A stretch of 64,000 bases of DNA, taken from positions 75,702,001-75,766,000 of the forward strand of contig CM059430.1 of the NCBI GenBank assembly GCA_030390025.1. The letters run 5' to 3'. Each line of letters starts with the position of its first letter. Position 1 is the first letter of the stretch. The notes below the pieces were generated by a model that saw only the letters and a list, made by a program, of their open reading frames with translations, was not told the DNA's origin and made no database searches. Origin of the DNA: Squalus acanthias (Eukaryota). A program made the position numbers and the translations under genes. Of this stretch, positions 37,940 through 48,149 are shown one piece after another.

Positions 37940-38260
37940 GTTCCTGCGAAACCTCGGTCAAAGTGACTCATCTCCCTGAAAGCGCGAACATAAAGAGGGG
38001 TACAAGCGTTTCCTTTCATTGCACGCTTCCCGTCTTTCAAGACGGACCACGGGTGAAGGTATACTGGTGGAAACAGGGTGATAATAAATGTCTAAGCACA
38101 GGACCTGATGACAGAAAAGTAACTGGCTCCAAAACTAAATTCAGCGGCTTCCTTCAGATCATCAATGTGAGTGTCCAGGAGTCGGGAGTATATTACTGCA
38201 CTGTCGCCCTTCCAAACAGAATAGTTGGAAACGGAACAGGATCCAATTTAGCTGTCTGGG
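37940..38260 (+). CDS. Gene B V-set exon with joined J-like strand, intact
   Basis: cccgatag| ..VSFHC..VYWWK..ESGVYYCTVALPNRIVGNGTGSNLAVW; donor TGGG|GTAAGT. Confidence 0.92.
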
Positions 38261-39187
38261 GTAAGTATAAAAGAAGCGGCGAATGAGATCCATGTGACAG
38301 TATTATTTCATTGCAAATATATCCAGCGGATCAATCATACTTTGGAATTGTTTGCATTCTACATTGTTTCACAGTTTGCAGAATTGTTCAGTTACACTTT
38401 GAAGGATTTACTTTGGAACTCAAATTCCAATTCTTTTATATATATAAATTGTACTTATACGGAAGAATGATAGTGTTACATGTAAATGATTATTTCAATA
38501 CTTCCGTATAATTAAACAAATCGATTGTCGTTTTAATTTTGTGGATAGTGTAAAACGCGCTATATCGGAGCGACTGCTCGTTTTTCAACCTACCTATTGT
38601 CCTTTCCTTTGCAGTGAATGGAATAAAATATCGGTATAGCGATCGGCCCCGAAAGTTTAACTAGAGTTTAATATGTTAACAGATTTATTCTAAGATTTAA
38701 GAGCTCCATCTGTATTACAAACTCGTAGAGTTGAAAGTTGCAGTACATGTGAAGAATGGATCCATCCCTCAAGAAGTATCTGGGCTGCAATGATCTACTT
38801 GGGATAGGTTTTAAATTTGTGTGAGAATGTAATTCGGGTGATGGCGAATCTACAGCCCGTTTTCCATTTCTTCCGATTTTGCACTCTATTGCCACAATGG
38901 AAATAAAAATCGGTAGAGATGTAAACCGGACTGTCGACTTGCAATCACCCGTGTTACACTATCGTACAAAATCAAATCTACCCCTTGGTGCTTATCTGCC
39001 TCCATCTTCTTTTTGATGGGGTAGGTATTCAATTTGCAAATCCAGAGTAAAATTGTAGTTAGGATTGGGCCACCAGTTATAGAAACCGCCACATATCAGT
39101 GACAATGAAAATCCAGGATTTTATAAGGGCTGGCCTATAGTGGACACCAAGCCAGCAAGTTGAAAATCTCCCCCAGTTTGTCAGCCA

Positions 39188-39560
39188 TGGCACACTGGTG
39201 TCAACCTGCCTCCGATTCAGAAGGTCGTTGATTCAAGTCCCACTCCAGATACTTGAGCACTTAATCTAGGCTGACACTTCAGTGCAGTGCTGAGGGAGTG
39301 CTGCACTGTCGGAGGTGACATCTATCTGCGGAGACATTAAACCGAGACACCATCTGCCCTCTCAGGACGCAAAAGATCCTATGACACTATTCCAGAAATA
39401 GCACTGGAGTTTTGGCTGATATTTATCGCTCAGCAACATTACTGAAAAAATAATATCTGATTATTTACCTCAGAACTCTCTGTGGGGCCTTGCTGTGTGC
39501 GAATTGGCTGCTGTTGTACTGACATATCAAGAAAGACTATAAAGCAAATGTACGTCATTG
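39188..39560 (+). mobile_element. Deu-domain SINE (SacSINE1/AmnSINE-like); fragments also near 34400-34630 and 63380-63470
   Basis: tRNA-like head then TTGAGCAC..GGCTGACAC..CAGTGCAGTGCTGAGGGAGTGCTGCACTGTCGGAGGTG. Confidence 0.75.
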
Positions 39561-40324
39561 TCTGTCTTGGTTTGTGAGGGCTGACATTTACTCTTGGAAT
39601 ACAGATTGGCGGGTTTATAATATAATAATCCATATATTGAGAGTCTTGAAATCCGGGTGTAAATAACAGTTAGTTATTGTGCTCTGTCTGCGTCCTGAAC
39701 AACCAACCCCATATTTTCATAAACTTCCTAGTCTCCAGTAAGTAAGATGTTGACCAGAACTTGAGTTTTAAAGTCTCTCCCGCTTGGGAAAATCGTACTT
39801 TGTCGCCAGTTGTTATACTGCAGGCCTTAACCAGGTTTTAAATCGGCGAAAGTGTAAGACCCCCGGTTAAATGTACAGAATATAAGTTCAGCAAACTTTC
39901 CCAATTGCACAAGTCATATTATTTGCTTCATCCAAGGAGCCATATAGAGGGAGAAGCAGACTGTGTTCCTTACCCTTATGGAAAGGGCAATATTTTAATG
40001 TTGTGAATTTAAATCAGATACATTGAAGAACAATACCTCCTTGTGCTAATTGTTAAAGTTGTAAAGATGTGAAAAACCTGAAAAATTAGCACTGAGTTAT
40101 GATAGAATAAAGTAGAAAATTATATAGAGCAAATGTAATAGAACATTACAAAATTTATCCACAAATAAAGTGGGAAACATGAACATCAGGTTTAGATTTA
40201 AAAGATGCCGTTATCTGTGTCCCTAATGATAGCGCACAGAGAAAAATGTCCTGTCACAAATGCAACGATGGGTTGATAACTTTGAATGAGGTCCAAGTAA
40301 CGGCCTTTACCTCCACTTTTCTAG

Positions 40325-40632
40325 TTCCGCCAACTCCACTGAAAATTGTCTCTCTGGAACCTGAAAAGGAGTCACTTGCGTCATGACTCTACTGTGCACA
40401 TCATCTCACTTTCAGCCGTAGAATATGAGCTTCACCTGGTATAAGGATGGCACCAAAATTACAACAAGGATAAATAACATTAACCAACCCAACACCGATG
40501 GACTATATGAAGCTTCCAGCTGGTTGGAAGAGACGCAGGCTGTCCAGACCGGGACCATTTATACCTGCCTGGTGTCTCACAGTACCCCCAAAATTTCAGC
40601 CACGGCCACTCACATTGTCAGGAACCCTACAG
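40325..40632 (+). pseudogene. Gene B C1-set exon, frameshifted, with internal stop
   Basis: VPPTPLKIV.. then shifted frame MTLLCTSSHFQP*NMSFTWYK..YEASS..YTCLVSH; 308 nt long; TAG at 40419-40421. Confidence 0.88.
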
Positions 40633-40764
40633 GTAAGATTGTAGATCACAGTTATCCTGCAGACAGAATCGTTGCTGCGACTCTCCATGTTGGGCAAACT
40701 GTCCTTTCTCACTAGTTGTTCTACACCGGCTCTTTCACCAGGTTTTACATCCATAAAAGTCTAG

Positions 40765-41537
40765 GGGGTAAAAATTGAGTCGCGCCCCATTTGGGGCGCT
40801 AACCTCGCCGGGGCGCGACTTTTAGCGCCCCGAAAAAATTAGCGGCCCCGCGCCGGAACTTCAGTGGTTGCGCCCCAAGAGGGAAGCGGGGCGCCACTGG
40901 AAGCACCCCGCATCCCTCTTGGGGCGCTGCGAGGGAATATCCTGGCGCTAGGTGCCGCAGCGCCACGTGCTGCGGCACGTCGCGCCGCGGTATTGCAGGC
41001 CTTCCTCCCCTTCTTAAAGGGGAGGGACCCTGCGCAGCGCGAACCGGGGCCCAGCCGGGCCCCCAGGGATCGGGAGTGCCGGCAAAAGAGCCCGGCACTC
41101 AAGAGAAGTGCCGGGCTCTTGGAGCGCAGCCGGCACTTCACGGTGGGGGGGCTTCACGGGGGCCGGGGACAGCAACGGGGGCAGGTGCTGGCAGGCGGCC
41201 AGCAACAAAAATGGCCGCCTGCCACCTCCCCTTTAAATATCGCCGCCCCGGCCGCACGTACGCCTCCCTGAACCCGTCGGACATAGCGTCTGGCGGTAAA
41301 TCAGGGGGCGCGACTGAAGATCGCGGCTGGAGCGCGAGCGGGGTGCTGCGCACGGCGATGGCGTCATCGCCGGCGGCGCAGCGCCACAGGGCGCTACCGG
41401 CTGGCGCCGCCGCTAACCTCCCGCTGAATTTTTCGGGAGGCGTGGGCGGCGCTGCGCCCGGGCGTTAGCTGCTTTACGCCCCATTAGCGCCCTCTTAAGG
41501 CGCTAACGGGAGGCGCAAGCAGCTGAATTTTTCCCCC
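40765..41537. mobile_element. GC/CpG-rich Harbinger-type MITE with TSD TAG in gene B intron 3
   Basis: TIR GGGGTAAAAATT / AATTTTTCCCCC; TAG on both flanks. Confidence 0.85.
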
Positions 41538-42074
41538 TAGGACTCCTGGTTGCCTTTGTTCACTTTTAATCAGGTTTAATTCTGTTCAAAGAGCTCGACG
41601 ATTGCTGCTCGTGGTCTCCTGCCTTATTGGGCGGCTTCTCCTGCAGTCCTGGTGTCACGGCTCAGATGTGGCACTGACTTTTGGGGCAAGAGCGGGCGGT
41701 AACTCCGGCCGACAGGTTGTTGCAGAATCGCTGCCTCCTGCGTCCCACAAGCTGTGCTCACAATCTGCTGCAAACTGCATTTGTGTCAACAGCTATTAGA
41801 CACAGTACAAAGTTAAAAATTAGCCGTTGTCACTTTCAGTCGCAATTTTATTATCAACAAGAAACAAGGTTAAAATTAGTTTTGAGAAAATATGTTTTTC
41901 ATAACACTAGAATTTCGTGAAAAAAAATACAAAATGGCAAAAAATGTCTGTGTTTTTTCAGACCACGTGTTTGCTGAGAATAATTTTCAGACAGGAATCC
42001 ATTACTTATAGTTGTGATTGTGTGCCAATTTGGAAATATCCTTAATATTTATATAATTTACTTTAACATTTTAG

Positions 42075-42188
42075 ATCGTGCCAACAGCTCCCGTGTCTTA
42101 CTGATTTCCAGATGTGCATTGGTGGGACTGGTATTTCTAATGGTGGCTCTCAATATTGCGAAGCGATGTCAATTAAAGAAAAGTAAAG
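42075..42188 (+). pseudogene. Gene B transmembrane exon with Arg
   Basis: ttttag| DRANSSRVLLISRCALVGLVFLMVALNIAKRCQLKKSK, aligns with the gene A TM exon. Confidence 0.82.
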
Positions 42189-42884
42189 CTAATAAATATT
42201 TGCTTTTATTTTTAAAAGGTTCTGGAAAATAGTTTAAGAGAGATTACCAGCAGATTGCATGGAATTAGATAGAAATTGCAACACGAAACGGGCCTATCGG
42301 CCTAAACAGTCCTAATCCTCCAGAAATATCTAATCCCATGTGGCCACCCGCTTCATTTATCTCCATTTCCTTCAACCACCCAGCCAACCTATTCTTAAAT
42401 ATTGGCTTGGTCTCTGATTCATCTATTAACTTCGGTAGTGCATTCCACATCTTCACAACCCTCTGTGCAAAAAGGTTTCTGCTCCTCTCTTACATTCAAT
42501 CCTATATCTGCATAGGCTCGTTCTAGTCCCTTCAATCACTGGAAACAGTCTGGGGTAATTTTGGCGATGGTGTAAAATTGGCGATATTGGATCAGCCCGA
42601 TTTTGCTTCATTTGAAAGCAAAATCGGGCGAGGTGTAAAATGGGCAGCCGATCTCATCTGGTCCTTTTTAAATTATCGCCGAATTTACGTCTATCCCACC
42701 TATCCCACCATTCATAATTGTAAACATATCTAATGACCCCATAATCTTCTCTGGTCTGACGAAACAGTAGCAATTTTCAAAAGTTGGTGCAGAGGGGAGT
42801 ATATTTGGGTAACTGGACAGTTCAAGGGGCTGGTATTCTGTCAGAGGAACAGAACAGCGATGTACTTTTAGTACATTCAACTCA

Positions 42885-44560
42885 TGGGCTAAAATTTCGG
42901 GGGCTTAACATCACCCATTACCCGTAAAAGGTTGCGTAAAGTGGGCGGCTGCCGCTCTTTCGCCAGCTGGTGGCGAGTCCCGTGGCGTCCTCCATTTTCC
43001 CAGGCACGACGGTGCTGCCGCTATGATTGTACTCCCTGCAAATTAAAATTGGGGAGAGGTGACATCGCCGACTTAATGTCAGCATGGCGAATTTGGACTT
43101 TAGTGTTTAGTTCAGCGCTGGATCCTAAGCTTCGAGGTAAACCTAGTTTGCAGCAGATTGACAGTGGCGCTTTCAGCACCTCTTAAAGGGACCACTACAT
43201 CTTTCAGGTAAGTTTGCATTTAAGCTTTAAGAAGTTGATTCTTTGAATTTATTGAAGTAATGGTTTACTGCAATACATGTTAAAAGTATTTTTTTAACTG
43301 TGTCGGGAGTGCTGCTGGACGATTGCAGGACCTCTGAGATGAAAGAAAATGCTGAAAATGCTCTGCAGGTCAGGCAACATCCGCGGAGAGAGTAACAGAG
43401 TTCACGTCTCAGGTCAAGATGATGCCTGATCTGCTAAGTATTTCCAGCATTTTATGGTGTCATTTCTGATCTACAGCATCCGCTCGCCGAGGGAAGAGGA
43501 AGACGCAGGAGAGGAAGACGTAGGAGAGGAAGAAACAGCAGAGGAAGAAATCGAAGAGAAGGAAGCCGACAAGGAGGAAGCCAAAGAGAAGGAAGCAGAC
43601 GGATGGATGAATCCGAAACAGCTCCTTTCTGGCCAGGATATCCAGGATGGAATCATCTGCCTGTGGTACCAGTGACCACAACTCCAATTACCCCATCAAC
43701 ATCAGTCCCACACGTTACCTTCCATCTGTTGTTGACCATCACAGCGTCCACTTGGCCACGATGCTGAAATAAAAGCCACCACGAAGGAAACTTTCCAATC
43801 GACCTATATATACATCTATCCATTCAATGTGACATCAAGACATCGACACATCAACCTTATGTATTCCCTTAGTGACTGTCTTGTGTGTGCCTTTGCCTAT
43901 CCTACTGATGTCACGCAGTGCTACCCTAGTGGCTGCAGCATGGCTGGTGGAAGGCTGCTGAATTTCAATGAGGAACACTGCAGATGGCCTTGCTGGTCGC
44001 CCTTGAGGAGCTGGTGGCTGGGTGTGTCAAATCAAGTGACGGTGTTCCTTTTTCTTCTTCTGCTTCACTCTCCTCCCCCTCTTCTTGGCCAACCATTGGC
44101 TGGGCAAGCTGCATTTCTTTGTTGTGTGAAATGAAGAAGGCACAAGGGTAGATTTGTGGTGCTTGGAGGGCGGCTTTGCAAGAGGTGCAAGCCAGAAGAA
44201 GGATAACATATGAGGATGCCAGCACTTTGTATCCTTTCTGCCCCGCCATTGGCCAGGGCTCAGCCATGCCCCTGTTAAGAGTGGTCTGCACTGTCTCCTC
44301 TAAGGGGTGAAGTTTGGGTAGGAATGGGAGATGTGCCTCGTGATTGCTACAGATTGTTAGTAGGTGAGTGATTGGTGGGGGGGGGGGAGTTTTGCATTGA
44401 GCAGTGTGTGATGCTAGTGATGCAGTTGGTAGGAGACGGCTTTTGAAGATGCATTCACTGACCTTAACCAGTGGTCTGATGTTAGGAGCTTCTTTCGGCA
44501 CTGGTACCAGGTGGTGGGGGCGACAAAGCTGGCAGTGACGGCCTCGGTGATCTGGCTTCG
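42885..44560. mobile_element. Non-autonomous PIF/Harbinger element, same family as 15524-17200
   Basis: Colinear with 15750-16980; acidic transposase tail at 43490-43610. Confidence 0.7.
43335..43455. mobile_element. Degenerate fold-back Penelope pLTR fragment
   Basis: AAAATGCTG..AGGTCAGGCA..TGCCTGA..TTTCCAGCATTTT. Confidence 0.55.
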
Positions 44561-45332
44561 GATATAGAATTGTCGCAGGTAAACTGGTAACAAGCACACG
44601 TCTGAATCCAAACAATTCGTGAACATGTGATAGTGAACATAATTTAAAAAAATTGCATTTTGTCCTAATTAGGGGCACAATCGCGGATTAAATTATTTAT
44701 TTTAAAATATTGAACTCCATTCATTACCAGGAGCCGAGAAAAATGCGGAGACACCAGTCCCTCGTGAACAGCCGGTCTGTTTATTTCATTGATCATAACT
44801 TATGTCACATGTAAAGATGTAACGTTATTTTCAGAATCAGCTGAGAGAGTTTCGATCAATTTCATGCAAGAACATGCCCTGCCTTATTCCAAAGCTCCAA
44901 TGCGTTTGCCTCCAATACCGTGTCTGGAAAATTCTCCCAAATATGTCTGAGTCTTTCAAGGAAGTATTTTCGTTAAAGCTGTTCTCTATTTATTTCCCCT
45001 TCACATCGCCTGCTCCTCGCCAAACACTGAAGGAATAATCCGCTCTACAATATCTAAATCATTGAAAATGTTCCATATGTTACGAGATTCTGAACCACAT
45101 TATACACAGTTTGGGAAGATTCAGCGTCTCGATACTTCCTCCTATTTCACCCTATTTACATTTAGGATCAGCCTTGTCTTTTTCTTCTTACATTCCTGAA
45201 ATCATATTTATTTTTTTAGTTTTAGTGGAAAAGTAAAAGTAATATTCGAAGTGTGATCCACAAGTTAATATAAAAGCTTTCACACGACCTCCTGTATTCG
45301 AGCTGGTGGTTATATATCCCAGAATTCTATTA

Positions 45333-45549
45333 CAACAGCAAAATACTGCGGATGCTGGAAATCTGAACTAAAAACAGAAAATGCTGGAAACACTCAGCAG
45401 GTCAGGCAGCATCTGTGAGAGAGAAACAGAGTTAACGTTTCAGGTCGATGACCCTTCGATGACTCATCGACCTAAAACGTTAACAGACTTTCTCTCTCTA
45501 CAGATGCTGCCTGATCATCTGAGTATTTCCAGCATTTTCTGTCTTTATT
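45333..45549. mobile_element. Fold-back Penelope pLTR insertion
   Basis: Same pLTR as 26845-26960, then its reverse complement; flanks CCAGAATTCT(A/G)TTA. Confidence 0.8.
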
Positions 45550-46036
45550 CCAGAATTCTGTTAGTTGTTTAAGGGCCTGGAAATTGCAAGTGATCTGACT
45601 ATGGTGAGATCCAGACCCTTTCTCATCGTTCTGTGCTGATTTACTTCCATGTATTGCATAATTGGTAAACCAATGTTTGTACTATATAATAAACTTCACT
45701 TTTACTAGTATTAATCTTCTTAAACCATCTCATCGCTCGCGCTTTCTTCTGCCACAATCGCGAGTTGTAAACCTGTTTAACCTTGATTGTACTGCTCAGT
45801 GAGGAATAGGCCCGTTTTTATCCCTAACTTTCACTGTGATTGAACAGTAACGGATGGCTAATGCGATCGGGTTTCACGAATGGTTAAATCCCGTGTCACA
45901 GGAGCTTTTTTTTTGTTTGTTAATTTAAATGGCCCGAAATCAGGTCCCGCCGACCGGCGATTTCCCTGTCCGCGCTCACCCGGGAGTCCGCTCAATTGAA
46001 GCAACAATAGAAATAAATAACTATTTTGTATCTCAG

Positions 46037-46125
46037 TTGCTGCAGAGAGACGCGGATGCAAAGCCGCCTTCCGATGCAACAGCATTGACCAGTTCCAAAG
46101 AAAACCCTCAAGGGATAAATATTAA
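46037..46125 (+). pseudogene. Gene B putative terminal exon (xAAERRGCKAAFRCNSIDQFQRKPSRDKY*)
   Basis: tttgtatctcag| acceptor; only weak similarity (QRKP) to the gene A tail region. Confidence 0.3.
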
Positions 46126-48149
46126 AGGAGAGACAGCATCCGGCTGGGAATCAGAACATAGAGACACAGATCGCCCACAACTAAACAAAAAATTCCAAAA
46201 CGTTGCAACACATAGGATGAATCTGGTTTTAGTAATCGGGCAGTTTTTATAATGGACGCCCGATTCGCAACACTAGTTTTAGGCCGGGCAGCTTGTTGGA
46301 TGTCCAATCCACTGTGTGTAGTCTGGGCTGGTTATAGCAGCTCCGGGCCTTTTTATTGTTATGTTCTGTAATTCCTTTGACAGAATCTATATTCCAATGT
46401 TACCCGCTATTAACAGAAGTTGCACATGATGAAGTGTTAACATTATAAGTTGTGACTGTATACAACTTATTTTACTCATTTGTATTCAGCAAGATTAAAC
46501 TACTTGGAATAATCTTTGAACACCGTGTGCAGTCCAATCATTCCTCAAACCTGGGCGTGTTAAATTTGAAGCAAACTATCAGTTAATGTTCGAGAAATGT
46601 GCAGAACTAAATTTCAACCTCAAACATGGTTTCACAATATTGGGCTAAGAAATGTTCTGGTTCTTATGTGACTGTCGTTTCCTAAAAATACCTAACAGAA
46701 TAAATCGCGGAGAACCTGGCAACAAGACGAACTATTTTAACCTTTAACACAGTTCGCTTTCAGGGGAAAGATTTTCTATTAGCTTTACGCTATGGAATGG
46801 CTAATGGTTCTTTTCTAAAGGTGTTTACCATATTGTTACACAAAGAGCAAACAGAAAACGTATACGCAATTTTCAAATAAAAATATCCGTAAAAAACATT
46901 ATACCAGGTGTAGACATCCTGGAGACATGTATGTTGGACATCTTGGGGAGTTAAGGGTTACCAGTCAAACTTCTTTACATCTTAAAGCAACAGGCTTTCC
47001 AAGATATAAACAGGATGACTTTGAAGTGTCGTAAGGTGAAAGCGTGGCTTGTCTTCTGATATGTAGAGTGCTTGTGTAAGGAAATAAGTGTTAGTAATAA
47101 AATATAATTTTAGTTTTCGGTAGCAAAACGGGTAGTGAGTCCTTTTGCTGAAGATAACAGTAGGTAAAGGAAGTCTTGTTTAAAGGAAGTGGTTCTGAGG
47201 TAAACAATGGCAAACTGTTTGCATACATAGTCTGTTTTCAGCGGATTTGGGAAATAGATAGGTCATTTTGATATTTTCCTTTGATGTAGTCAAAATATGG
47301 TGAATAAAGGAAGATGGTTTTCAACAGTTTGTGAGAGTGTACTCGAAAGATACAGAAACCGAATATCCAATCACAGTACACAGTTAATGACCGATCACAT
47401 TTACTCTGTATCGTAATATAGGAAATATAGGAACATAGGAACAGGAGTAGGCCAGTCAGCCCCTCAAGCTGGTTCCACCATTCAATTACAACATGGCTGA
47501 GCTGGAACTTAACTTCTTCTAACCGCCTTGGTTCCATAACCCTTAATGCATTTGCCCAACAAGTATCTCAATTTTCTCCTCATAACTGTAATTTCTAATC
47601 CCTGGAATCTCGGTGGATCCATTCTGTTTGCTCTCCATATGATTCGAATGCCTGAGCAGAAGTTTCGTGCTTACTCTAAACGTGTTGTTGTGAACAAGAC
47701 GAGAAAGGAGGTTGCCTAACACCATAAAGCTTTTAGAACCAGTTGTTTAAATTGTGTAATAATGTTGTTCATAAATATTGTAATATCCTGATTGTTAAAC
47801 TGGATTTGTTGTTATTGTTTGGTTCCTTCAGCTCGTGCAACATCAACTGCACAATAAAATATTTCAGGAACTGCAGATTAAAAACCCAAGCTTTGCATTA
47901 TAAGGTTATTGTTTTCCTATTCATCTCCTTTATTTTCAAACTTGGCGCTGCCCTGCTCTCTGACCTTAACTTTCATTTGAGAACATCAGTATCTGCTGAC
48001 AACACTGCAAACTCATCTCCCTGAGAAGAGTTCGTTTTCCAAAACCTGTAAATATCAAAGATCTCAATAAAGAGAACCAGGCGGTGAGAAAATGTTCTCT
48101 CCCCACTCTCCACCCCATGTCCCACGGGGACCATAGATTTGTCTACATT

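Larger units (their letters stand above)
37716..46125 (+). pseudogene. Gene B: paralogous VJ-C1-TM IgSF receptor, disrupted. Exons 37716..37770, 37940..38260, 40325..40632, 42075..~42188, putative 46037..46125
   Basis: Same exon architecture as gene A; 1-nt frameshift and TAG in C1; the donor homologous to gene A's TM donor reads CT. Confidence 0.8.

Noticed and set aside
40799-41468. Overlapping GC-rich ORFs
   Set aside because: Stop-poor by composition and contained within a TIR/TSD-bounded MITE
43454-43675. Glu-rich ORF as a cytoplasmic exon of gene B
   Set aside because: Matches the acidic C-terminus of Harbinger transposases (cf. 56640-56770)
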